64,000 nucleotides of DNA from positions 3,720,001 through 3,784,000 of the forward strand of contig CP110440.1 of NCBI GenBank assembly GCA_026914245.1, given 5' to 3'. Both the position numbers and the translations under genes were made by a program. This DNA is from Puccinia triticina. Lineage: Eukaryota. A model generated the notes under the pieces. It was not told the origin of the DNA. It saw only the letters and a list, made by a program, of their open reading frames with translations, and did not search any database. This document shows, in pieces, positions 10,867-22,600 of the stretch (its first letter is position 1; each line of letters opens with the position of its first letter).

Positions 10867-12419
10867 GGCCCCGTTTGGACGCCTGGTGTGATATTATAAA
10901 TGGTGTAATAGAATACATAACACCCAAAATGAATTTCAGGTGTCATAAAACTAATTATGCTGCCAGCAAATTTATCATTTGTCTGTTTGGCACATCCACT
11001 CCAGAACACTTCTGGAGTCCACTTATCACAGGTCTGTTTGGCAAAGCATAATGCACAGACCGGTCAACCGGTTGCTGAAGAGAACACAACAACCTCTGGA
11101 GGCCGGTTGAGAGGACTTCACCTCTTGTTGATTGGTCAACCGGTCATCGAAGAGGACTTTACACCTCTCGATAACCGGACCAGTCATTGAGAGGGACTCT
11201 ACACCCTCTTGGTGACTGGTTGACCGGTCATCGAGAGGGACTCTGCACCCTCTCAATGACTGGTTAACCGGTCATTGAGAGGGACTCAACACCCTCTCGA
11301 TGAATGGTTGACCGGTCATCAAGAGGGAATCTACACCTCTCGATGACTGGTCCGGTAATCAATAGGGACTCTACACCCTCTCGATGACTGGTTGATTGGT
11401 CAACCGGTCATCGAAGTGGACTTTACACCTCTTGATAACCGGACCAGTCATTGAGAGGGATCTACACCCTCTCGATGACTGGTTGACCGGTCATCAAGAG
11501 GGACCCAACACCCTCTCAATGGCTGGTTGACCGGTTATCAAGAGGGACTCTACACCTCTCAATGACTGGTCCGGTCATCGAGAGGGAATCTACACCTCTC
11601 GATAACTGGTGCGGTCATTGAGAGGGGAAAGTCCTCTTCAATGCCCGGTCAACCGGTCATCGAGAGGTGAAGTCCTCTTCAATGCCCGGTCAACAAGTCA
11701 TCGAGAGGTTGAACCACCTCTCAATGACTGGTTGACCAGACATTGAGAGGTGTAGAGTCCCTCTCGACGACCGGACCAGTCATCGAGACGTGTGTAGAGT
11801 CCCTCTTGATGACCGGACCAGTCATCGAGAGGGACTCTAGATCTTGATGACTGGACCAGTCATCGAGAGGTGTAGAGTCCCTCTCGATGACTGGTCCGGT
11901 CATCGAGAGGTGAGGTCCTCTTCGATGACCGGTTGACCGGCCATCGAGAGGGTGTAGAGTCCCTCTTGATGACCGGTCAACCAGTCATTGAGTGGGTGCA
12001 GAGTCCCTCTCAAGGACTGGTCCGGTCATCGAGAGTTGAAGTCCTCTTCGATGTCATCCGCAGGTGAATAGGTTGTATCCTCTGGATGGCCTGTCCAATT
12101 GGCCATCCAGAGTGTGATGTGTCTTCTTTGATGACCGGTAGACTGGTCATCAAGAGGTGTTGTGTCCTATTTGATGAGCGGTTGACCGGTCATTGATAGG
12201 TTGTGTAGTACGGGCCATGGCCACATATCACCCGGAAATAGAGGTCAGGACCTCTATTTCCGAAATGGCTGGGGATATAAATGGCCTGCAATATGGGGTG
12301 ATGAATTTTACAATATTATTGGCCGCACCAAACATGAATAAAGCAGGTGCTATACCCCGAGCACCCCCGGTTATAAGTTGCGCGACTTATAACGGAATTT
12401 GGGGCGTCCAAACGGGGCC
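10867..12419. mobile_element. Non-autonomous PIF/Harbinger-like (Tourist-like) element, 1553 bp
   Basis: Perfect 17-bp TIR GGCCCCGTTTGGACGCC / GGCGTCCAAACGGGGCC. The 3-bp TSD TAT lies at 10864-10866 and 12420-12422. Confidence 0.85.
11055..12195. repeat. Array of ~34-39-bp imperfect palindromic units, orientation reversing near 11700
   Basis: Repeated CTCTCGATGACTGG(TTGA)CCGGTCATCGAGAGG units. The linkers read GACTCTACAC in the first half and GTGTAGAGTC in the second half. Confidence 0.85.
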
Positions 12420-13287
12420 TATGTCTTTTGTATTGATTGATGCTATAAGCATCACATACTTTGAGAGAAAAGGTTATTTCCTTCTGAACTGAGCTAGCTT
12501 CACTCACTGGCTATCCCCTTGATGTTTTATTTTTGCATCAAATGATGAAAAATTGCTAACTGATCAATCACCATAACCACCTTGTGATCTTGCAGGTGGC
12601 AGATAGGCATCTGGGCTGCAAGCATTCTCACATAATTTTTTTTAGCAAATTTTATGATTTTTTTCACAAGAGAGTTGGAAGTCTGGGCTAAGTTCAGGGG
12701 AGCCCCAGATTATCCAGGGTTTCTTAATCACTTCAGGAAATCCCGACAAAAGAATTTGTGTACATATAGGTGAAAATATATATAACTCTTTTAAATATTT
12801 CATCTAATATTCCGGTGTTGCATGGGCACTCAGCTCAGCATCACTTGGCTGTGTGGTAATATAGGTGTCACACAAACTTACGGGCTTACAGTTGTGTGAC
12901 AAATCCTTCCAGATAGCCCCTCAGAAAATGCACACCAAATTCAAACCAGATTAAAATCATGATTTAAGAAAAACTGGCATATTTTTGACAAGGATAAGAT
13001 ACCTTCTCCATATTATACCTTGGCCCAAGGGGACCAAGTTCAAGCAGCATTGATATTTACTCTGTCACCTCACACACCTCCTTTTTAATTCTGTGTGCGC
13101 TGAAAATTATAAAAAGAATGTTCCAGAGCAACCTGTAAGGTATGGGTTTACACAGAGGTTAAAAATCATCATGGTCAAAAAATTCTTATCCTTGGTCAAA
13201 ATTATAGATTGAGTACAACTGATCATAAAGTTGGGCTGGGTTTCAACATAGTTATGGTATACATTATACGGTTACATTACACAAAAC

Positions 13288-13501
13288 TAGAGATGGCCAT
13301 TGGCACCCGCTGGTGGGTACCTGCCACTCTTTAGCAGGTAGCTATCTGCCCCTACAGGCAACCATGGCGGGTGCAAAGCTACATGCTTGACTTTTTACCA
13401 AAATTGAACACCCCAAGCCTGCTGGCTGGCACTTCCCAGGGCATAAAGGACCTGCTGAAGAGTGGCGGGTACCCGCCAGCGGGTGCCAATGGCCATCTCT
13501 A
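13288..13501. mobile_element. hAT-like MITE, 214 bp
   Basis: TIR TAGAGATGGCCATTGGCACCCGCTGG with a perfect reverse complement at the right end. The 8-bp TSD CACAAAAC lies at 13280-13287 and 13502-13509. Confidence 0.92.
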
Positions 13502-13779
13502 CACAAAACATCTGGCATGATTCCAGGTAACATCAGTATAGATTTTGCATTACATGACCTGGTCTTTGAACCAAAATCAGACCAACTTCAAACCGACTTC
13601 AAACCAGTAACTAACAAGGATTAGACCAAACTGTAAGGACTCCAATTTGGAGTCCTTCACTGTCCATTTGAGTGGGGCGCAGAGGGTGAACCTCAAGGGG
13701 AGTTCTGGTTCACGGGGCTATGTATTGCTCAGGAGAAGGGGAAAACACTAGCCGGGAGAGATATGAGTCAGGGATCTCT

Positions 13780-14775
13780 CACTACAAACATTTATTATTT
13801 TGCCCAAAAAAAAAAAAAAAAGTCAACACAAAAAAAATAAAACCAAAATTTCACTCAGGGGAACAAACTGAGCATGCTGAGCCAAAAAAATAAAATGTCC
13901 CAAACTGAGCAAAAATTGTCAGACAATGTTTTGGGATGGTTTTTTTTTCATGGGCCTGGCGGGCCCGGTGCGGGCTTGAGCGGGCCTGAGACGGGCCTGC
14001 CCCAAAAGCACATTGGGTCAGTATTAAAGGAGTTTTGCCTTGCCCTGGGAGCTTCTGGGGCTTTTGATGGGCCCAACATCTCAACATGGGCTTTTGGTGG
14101 TCTAGAAGTATCAACCCGGGCCACTGAATAGCCCATGGGCCTTTGAATTCACAGAAAGCCCACCATGAGCCCCCACATAGCTAATGGGCTCTTGGTGGCC
14201 CATGAAGATCCCTATGGGCCAACTACTTCCATCATGGGATCCCATGGGCTTTTTGCTTCCTTTCTGGGCCACAAAAAGCCCATGGGGAGCTTTTTGGACC
14301 ACCAAAAGCCCATGAGGGTATCTGTTGGCCCATGGAGATCTTCATGGGCTACCAAGAGCCCATTAGCTATGTGGGGACTCATGGTGGACTTTCTGGGAAT
14401 TAAAAGGCCCATGGGCTATTCAGTGGCCCGGGTTGATACTTCTAGACCACCAAAAGCCCATGTTGAGATTTTGGGCCCATCAAAAGCCCCAGAAGCTCCC
14501 AGGGCAAGGCAAAACTCCTTTAATACTGACCCAATGTGCTTTTGGGGCAGGCCCGTCTCAGGCCCGCTCAAGGCCTGCTCAAGCCCGCACCGGGCCCGCC
14601 AGGCCCGTGAAAAAAAACCATCCCAAAACATTGTCTGACAATTTTTGCTCAGTTTGGGACATTTTTTTTTTTGGCTCAGCATGCTCAGTTTGTTCCCCTG
14701 AGTGAAATTTTGGTTTCATTTTTTTCATGTTGACTTTTATTTTTTTTTTGGGCAAAATAATAAATGTTTGTAGTG
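13780..14775. mobile_element. Non-autonomous CACTA foldback element (996 bp, almost fully palindromic) in the 3' LTR
   Basis: Ends CACTACAAAC ... GTTTGTAGTG with the 3-bp TSD TCT (13777-13779, 14776-14778). The other LTR shows the empty site GGGATCTCTGCCGG. The ~450-bp arms are near-identical inverted copies. Confidence 0.93.
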
Positions 14776-15025
14776 TCTGCCGGCTAGGCAAAGTGCAAGG
14801 ACCCAAGGATATAGTTGAGTGGGAAATGTGCTTGTGATTGTCCTTGTGAAACCTTGTGGTACGCGGGGGCTTCACAGTCTCCCCCCCTATAAAAAAATGA
14901 GGGGGAGGGTCCCTCCAGCTTGAAGGTGACAATTGGGAGGGAGGGGGGGCAGCGGATTGGGTGGGCGGTTGTTTCTTCTTAGTTGCAGGGCGCTTGAGTT
15001 GCGGAGGTCTGATGGGTTGGCAATG

Positions 15026-16928
15026 TCAATGGTCTTGTATGACGAGGGTGGTGGGAAAGGTTTTGGGGAATGATGGATATGGGCAGCAGGGCGTTCTCAT
15101 GCCACAAGGATCCTGCAGGGACAACTGCATCTTAGTTGTGGTTATTGACGGCATCGATGACGGCCGCTTCAAGGTCAATCGGGGAATCTGCCAGTCCAGG
15201 ATTGGTGGGGGCGATCGTATCCTCTGAATCAGTGGGAGTGATTGTATTCTCCGAACTATAGGAGACCCTTGTAAGCATTGCCCTCTGTGAAATTGATGGG
15301 TTGATCTGAGGGTAGACGGTACATACTTGGTGCTCCCGCCCTTGGCGATGGCACCGCAGGCCTCGAGGAAGGAGGCCTTGTCAAACTGAGGGACTTCAGG
15401 GACGAATTTGTTGTCTTGTGTGGCCGCCGAGACACCGAGCGTTTTGATTGCATCCGGGTCACCCGCTATAGCTGCCGCTTGAATGTTGTCTTCAACGGCA
15501 GTCAAGTGCCAGTTCGCAAATCCATGAGCCAAGTCATCTAAGTGTCCGTCAACTCGCGCCAGACAAGAGGCGGACAGTTCATCCAAATCGGGCGCTTTGT
15601 TTGTGAGTCCTGCAATGCCTGCAGGACAACCAATTGGGCGGCCGGAGGTCATAGGATTTGTCCTTGCAGGCCCGCTATTCTTTGCTGTCCATGCCACTGG
15701 GGGGGTGTAGTCTGCCGGTTTTGGGGGCGGGACGAACGAGGCCGGTATGTCCACCCAACTCTTGTCCATGGGGTTGGGGCAAGCTCTTGGGGCGCTCCCG
15801 CAGTGTTTCTTGCAGAAGTGGCACAGCCCAAAGCTGTCCAAGTAAGCGTGGAGGCGCCAAACCGTGTCCGCCATCCTGCTAGAGGCGGTGGTGGTGAATG
15901 CATTGCGTTGTAGTCGTAAGGCGGACAGTTTGGGTAGGTTGGCGTAGAACCCACTGGTGTGGTTTTCAAACTCGCCATATTTGAAGTTCACCAATTGCAA
16001 GGTTTGATGGTCGTCAATTTTTGCTTGAAGGACCTCTGGGAGGCCAAAAGTCACCACCTCGGCTAGCTTGTAGTCATTGAGCGAGTGTTTATCAAAATTG
16101 ACCAAGCTCTGCAGTGTCCAAGCACGGGTGCTGAACTCCAGGAAGGTTTTGGTTTCAGCCATCTTCAGTTGGGCAATGTTGTGTTTGAGGGCCGTCTTCC
16201 ACTCGATGGGGAGGGTGAATTCAAACATTTGTTCCTTGAAGTCTTCCCAAGACTTCCCTTTGTATTTGGAGAATTCGTTCGAGCAGAACGAGAGAAGGTT
16301 TGTTTCCGAGATGAGTCCGCCCACAATGAGGCGCTTATCGTCTGCATGCGTGACCGACTTTGTCGCAAAAAAAATCTCCAGGGCTTGGATCCAGCAAAGG
16401 AAGGCTTCAACCTCTTGAAAAGGGCCTTTGAAGTACGGTCCGTCCGAAATCTTGAATCGCTGAAGGTCAATGCGGCCCGGAGCGAGTTGTGGGGCCGGAG
16501 TAGACTCAGTTTTTGGAATAACACTTTTGCTCCAGGCGTCCAGCGCGGCCTTAACATCAGCTCAAGCTTGGCTCTGAACCGCCTTCAATTCGGCTCGAGC
16601 TTGCGCCTGTGCGGCTTGTGCCGCTTCCTGCGCCGCAAGGAGTTGCTTCGCCGTGTTCTGCTGTAGGGCCCGGATTGCTTGGATCGGGTCGTTATTGGAA
16701 ATCTCCTCCGGCGCCGGAGGAGCCTTGTTGATTGGATTGGTTCATCGAGGTGGTGTTGGGGTCTGTGAATAAACTGTGATCAGTTGAGGCGCTTGGCAAT
16801 GGAACGTTAATGGTGGTAGGCGCGGCGAGAGTGGCTTCCAAACGAGCGTGGCGCCTGATTTCCCAGGCAAGCTGTTCTGGGTCTTGCAGAGGAAGGAGGG
16901 GGTTGGTGTTCAACTGTTGAGTGCTCAT
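15026..16928 (-). pseudogene. Gag-like protein, disrupted
   Basis: Begins MSTQQLNTNPLLPLQDPEQL, with a frameshift near 16700 and an in-frame TGA at 16562-16564 (GCT TGA GCT versus the nearby GCT CGA GCC). It continues GRIDLQRFKISDGP ... FLEFSTRA and has a Cys/His cluster CHFCKKHCGSAPRAC. Confidence 0.75.
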
Positions 16929-18033
16929 AAGAGGGAATTTCGAGTCGTTGATTGCTCCCGTAAATGGTTTGGTGGTCAGTAGAGGGGGGGAAGTGTGCAG
17001 TAAAAGTATGCAGTGAGGAGGGCAGTCGGAGTAACAGTGAGGTCGCAGTAGCAGTGAGCAGTGGGGGAGGGCAGTCGCAGTTGATTGAAAAAAAAAAAAA
17101 TCGCTCGCCGAAATGAGGAGTTGGCGAAAGGGTGGAACCAGAAAAAAAAGTGTAAGGACTCCAATTTGGAGTCCTTCACTGTCCGTTCGAGTGGGGCGCA
17201 GAGGGTGAACCTCAAGGGGAGTTCTGGTTCACGGGGCTATGTATTACTCAGGAGAAGGGGAAAACACTAGCCGGGAGAGATATGAGTCAGGGATCTCTTG
17301 TGAGTACATACAACCAGGGATAGAGAAATGGAAGAGGACAAGGGAAGTAGGAAAGGAAGGAGAAAAGGAAACTGGTGAGTGGCTTACCTAGCTGGGAGAG
17401 ATATGAGTCAGGGATCTCTGCCGGCTAGGCAAAGTGCGAGGACCGGAGGATATAGTCAAGCAGGAAATGTGCTTGTGATTGTCCTTGTGAAACCTTGCGG
17501 TACGCGGGGGCTTCACACAAACCTTGGCATGAATTGTGCAAAGGCACTCGTAAACAGGTGCTGAGCAAACGTCCGTGGTGTGCAGAGCTTCAATCTGGCA
17601 CCAGGGCGGCCTGATTGGCCCGCAGGACGCAATTTTAGTGTGGTTTCAAAGTTTGACACCAGCCAAATGGGTTGAGGCAGTCCTTAGCGCTCACGCCAAA
17701 TTTCCCCGCTTACTCCCAAGTCCCTCCTTCAGAGGCTTGCGCTTTGCGCAAGGGGTGCCAGCCTGCCAACTCAGAAGGGAAGACTGACTAAGTTTGGGGT
17801 CCCTAAAGGGACTCTCCGTAGGAGACACTTACATCAAATGTTGCCCGCGTGGCCTGAGCACTTGAGAAATCACCAAGAATTTTGACTTTTTTTCAATTGG
17901 CAGCTGTTTAAAACTTTCTTCTCATGCAACTTTTCATGTCTCTTTGGAGTGATTTGGCTCCAAATGAGCAGTTGCTTGCACTTGTAAGTCAGCCACACCA
18001 GGAAAATAAAATAGTCATTTGATGACAAGTGAC

Positions 18034-18955
18034 TAGAGATGGCCCTGGCAAACCCGTTGCAGGTACCTGCTATCCGCTGGCAGGTACCCGCCAACGGGTA
18101 CGGGTTCAGGTGTGGATGCCTGAGATTTTGGGAAAAAGCCGGCGGGTACCTGGGTAATTCAATCCAACCGGAAGGCCTGATCCCTTCTGGTTGCCAAGGT
18201 TTTACAGCCTTGGCAGCCAGAAAAATCCACCTGGTTTCCAAGGACACACAACCTCATCAACCAGGAGGGATTCCTTCCGGTCGCCGGGACTGCATCTTGA
18301 CAGCCAGAAGGAAAATATCCTCCTGGTCTCCGGGACTGCATCTTGACGGCCAGAAGGAAAAAATCCTCCCGGTCGCAGAGGTCAAAAACCTTTGCAACCA
18401 GGAGGAGAGTATCCTGGTCACAAAGGTTATAAAACCTTGGTGACTAAGAGGAAATTTTCTTGGTTGCAGAGGTTAAATAACCTCAGCGCTTGACCAGCAG
18501 GTAACCTCCTGGTCGCAGAGCTGGTTACCTCGGCGACCAGAAGGCAACCTCCTGGTCGCTGAAGTAACCTTGGCACCCAGAAGGCAACCTCCTGGTTGCC
18601 AAAGTAACCTCGGCACCCAGAAGACAACCTCCTTGTCGCTGACGTTAGCTTGGCAACCAGAAGGGTCAAATATTCTGGGGGCCAGAGTTACCTTGAAGCT
18701 CCTGGAGGCCAAAGTTCACTTGGCGACCAGAAGGAAACCTCCTGGTGGCCAAGATTCACTTGACAACCAGAGGGAAACCTCCAGGCCGCAGAGGTCCTAT
18801 TGCAACCAGAAGGGCTTACTTCTAAGGTCCCAAAAGGGGTCCCTTCCGGTCACCAATTAGGTGATTTTCAAGAGGATACCCGGGTACCCGCCAACAAGTG
18901 CGGATCCGGGTGTGGATGTCAGGATTCAGTTAAAACAGGCCGCAGGTACCCGGGT
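18034..18955. mobile_element. Truncated hAT-like non-autonomous element (left TIR only)
   Basis: Starts TAGAGATGGCC like the elements at 13288 and 46538. It has subterminal CGGGTACC motifs and internal CCAGAAGG...CCTCCTGG repeats. No right TIR or matching TSD was found. Confidence 0.6.
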
Positions 18956-19094
18956 GTGATGGATCACACCAGCTCCAACTAGCTACCCACCTTCTATCCA
19001 ACATCTATCCACTATCTACCCCAATCTCCAAAAAATCTCCTCAAATTCTAAAATTTACCAAGGAGGTCCTGTTCAGTTTTTGATTAGCCCAACT

Positions 19095-19610
19095 GATCCT
19101 CAGTTCTGTCCAGCTGATGCTCAGCTTTTTTGCCCAGCTCATACTAAACTTTTTCACACAGCTCACTCTCAGAATTGGAATAAAGCCTTTTGAGCAGTCC
19201 TTGCCCAGGTGATGCTCAGCTTTGTACTAGTCCTGGCACAGCTGATGCTCAGCTTTGTACCAGTCCTTGCTCAGCCTTTTCCTAGTCCTGGCCCAGCTGA
19301 TGCTCAGCTTTGACCCAGTCCTGGACCAGCTGGCCAGCTGATGCTCAGCTTGCTAAGTATCAGCTGAGCCAGGCCAGGGACAAAAATGGGAATCAGCTTG
19401 GACAGGACCAGAGCTGAAAATCAGCTAGGCTAGGGCCCAATCTGAGCATTAGCTGAGTCATGGCCAAGGCTGAAGATCAGCTGTTCCAGGGCCAAATATG
19501 ATCATCAGGTGGCCAGTGCCAAAGCTGGGCCAGGGCAAAAACTGAGCATCAGCTGAGCCAGGGTAAAAGCTGAGCATCAGCTGGGCCAGGGCCAAATCTG
19601 AGCATCATCT
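19095..19610. repeat. Degenerate inverted array of CAGCTGATGCTCAGC units (foldback/MITE remnant)
   Basis: Direct copies of CAGCTGATGCTCAGC run to ~19350, followed by reverse-complement GCTGAGCATCAGCTG copies to ~19605. Confidence 0.6.
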
Positions 19611-22600
19611 GGTTTTGTCACATTGAGTGCTTTGATCCTGAAACCTGTCATGTGAGACCTAGATGTTCTGGTCACTGGTGGAGAGAAGCAGCATTGGAGA
19701 TAAAAAAAAAGCTGCATCATGTCACTTGCCATCAAGTGACTACTTTTTTTTCCTGGTGCCATGTCCTTGGATTTTGCCAAATAAAGGTTGACAGCCGGGG
19801 GAGCCATTTGGAGCATTGTTTCATGGGATTCTCAAGCTGGAATGAGTATGCTTGAAGTCTTGCTCTTCTAATGGTGCCAAGGGCCCAAGGTTTATCCAAG
19901 AGCTACTAGGGAATATAGTGGGGTGAGATCACCTCCAAGCCATTTGGCTGATAGCTCTCCCCCTCACAAGCCAACTTTGGGTGCAAGTCCCTCCATTTGG
20001 GGGCGGGCCCTTGGAGACCCCAAGCAAGGGTGGGCAGTTACGTTATCAAGTTATCCATTAATTTCATCTGTAAGTTAGATTTTGGTGGCCTATATCTTTC
20101 GTAGGCTTGAGGGACTTGTGTTAATTTCAGAGCATCTTTACCAGTTGCTAGTTTGGGTTGCAGCTAGCTATTCTAGCCACCAAAATCAACCTCACCAGGC
20201 TCAGTTAAACCTGAGTCAAACTAGCTGGAAGCTCAAATTTCAGCTAAGATCATTTGCATTTTTTTGCTAGATCTTTGGGTCAAATAAGCCCGGGTTTGTG
20301 GGAAAGTTAGCTGAATGAGGTTGCCTTTGAGTGGGAAAACAAATTTGATTTGTCAGCTTCAGCCTAAAGTGACCTGAGATGAGCCGGAGACCACCCTAGC
20401 CTGAGGCTAGATTTCAGGTTAAGGCTAGCTAAAATTGAGCCAACTTTGCCTGAAATCAAACCTGAGGTTTGTTGACCTGGTTTGAGCCCGGACCAATGTG
20501 ATTGCCGGTGGTTAAGTTGCTGTTGAAATTCTCTTGTTCACAAGAATCTCATATTTTCATTTAATGTTGTCTTTATGCTATTTTATATTATTTTTTCTCC
20601 TTATGCATCTCTAATGCATGATAGTCATTCCTTTAGTTTCCCAAAATCATCAACTTAAACCAACCATTGCTAAATTCAGCAATGGTTAGCTCACAAGTTA
20701 AGCTATCCATCCGCACATATCACACAACTCAACACCAATATGGTCAAATAACTGTTGCTAAATTATTTGCAATAGCTGCAAGTCAAACCTTGCAAGAACT
20801 TAGCTTGACCGGTAAGGATGCTATTAAGAGCAACTTTGTGAGAATTCAAGCTCAGGTGAACAGGGTATAAATCATAAATTGAGGAAGACGCCAGGGGCTA
20901 AAACAGCTGCGGAAACTGGTAAGCAAAGCAAACCATTTCTGCAGTCCAAATCTAAGCCGCAGGAGTTGTAAAACTGAATTCATCTCTTGGATGTAAGCAG
21001 GTTTGAAACACAAATCTTAGCTAGCACCAAAGGTAAGAAAACACAGAGAACTCACAACAAGTAGATCAGATAGAAGCTAACACTCTTTCACCTTTGTCTA
21101 GACGGAATTGTTGAGGACAAACAGACCAAACAGGCCAATACCACTCAAAGAGCAGGAGAAAATATCAGTGGGTTTTTTGTGTTTTAATCAGCAAAAGCAA
21201 GAACAAGAGGCAGGAGCTGATGGAACCTATGCTACTATAGATAGTGTTTCACTGCTACTTCGCCAGTTCGCCAACACCAAGTTTAAATGACTAAACCAAG
21301 TAAGCCTCAAATGAACCTACAGGGGAGATGATAGAGACAAATGGACTAACAAACATTATCATTTTTTTAGATCAATCTATTCTTTTCTAACAACTGCTTA
21401 ATTCAAATCTAAAAGTAGAAAGCAGCTGTGTGCCTGCTCTTACTCTTAGGTAAACTTCACTTCACAAGTTCTTTGGTTTTATCTCTACTCACAACAGTTG
21501 TAACTACATAAAATATACAATCTGATTATAATAAAAATCTTATTTCCGTGAAGTTTTTCAAAATTCACCACCAATGCTAAACCAGGTTGAGTGCCCCGCT
21601 TGAAAATGAGGTTCCGCTGGGGGAGGCATTTGGTTTGCTATCAAACTCAGGCTGAAGCTTGAGAGGGAGTGGGTTGCTACTCCTGAAGCCTCAATCCCCC
21701 AGGGCCACACAACAGCTGCCTTTTCAATTAAGGGGGTTGAGAAATTGATTCCCACAAATTAAAAAATTGACTCCCAAAAGGAGTTTACGTCGCACGGACT
21801 GGGTCGCAACCTCTCCCCCGGGTCCTCATGACCAAATTTTGACCCAGGGGTGTTTTGGGAGTTGGAATTGTAATTCTGTGATCCCAAACAGGAGTTGGGA
21901 TTTTAATTTTACCAAAAAACCCAAAAAATAAATAAATATTCAAATCTCCTCACTGGAGCACCCAAACGCTCCCAAACTTTTACAGCCTTCTAGATACACT
22001 GTCTATAAAATATGTTGATATTTACAGCAGTAGAAACAATCAGGAAGGCCTTGCGGAACAGGGGGTTAATTTGGTGGATTTCCTACTAAGGAAATCCCGT
22101 GAAACCTTATCTAAGGTGCTCCAAATGGCCCCAATTTTTTTCTGCCATAAGAATAGACTCTTTAAAACATATGTTGAGCTTCACTGCATTAGCGCACCTC
22201 AGGGACACCTTGTGTAGCCGGGGGCTGATTTGGCGGATTTCCTACTAAGGAAATCCCGCAAAACCTTATCTAAGGTGCTCCAAATGGCCCCAAATTGTTT
22301 CTGCAATAAGAATACACTCTTCAAAAGACACATTGAGCTTCAAGGCATTAGCACATCTCAGTGATACCTTGTGTAGCCGGGGGCTGATTTGGCGGATTTC
22401 CTACAAAGGCAATCTGCTGAATCCTTAGCTACGGTGCTCCAAACACCCCCCGATTTTTTCTACCATATTAATACACTCTCTAGATAATATCTTGAGCCCC
22501 AATGAGATATTACACATCAGGAACACCTTCTATAAAGCACTGTGGATATGCAGTTCCTTAGTAGGAAATCAAATTAGCCCCCCGCTTATAGAAGGCGTTC

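Larger units (their letters stand above)
13632..17517 (-). mobile_element. Non-autonomous gag-only LTR retrotransposon (probably Gypsy-type)
   Basis: LTRs at 13632-14876 (interrupted by a CACTA element) and 17151-17517, both TGTAAG...TTCACA. The 5-bp TSD CAAAC lies at 13627-13631 and 17518-17522. A polypurine tract lies on the minus strand at ~14877-14888. The 2.27-kb interior has gag but no pol. Confidence 0.9.

Noticed and set aside
13851..14705. Mirror-image ORF pairs on both strands
   Set aside because: They result from the palindromic CACTA foldback and show no coding signal.
17530..21700. Other repeat-like fragments outside the two annotated segments
   Set aside because: They look like decayed TE sequence, but no paired termini or TSDs could be established.
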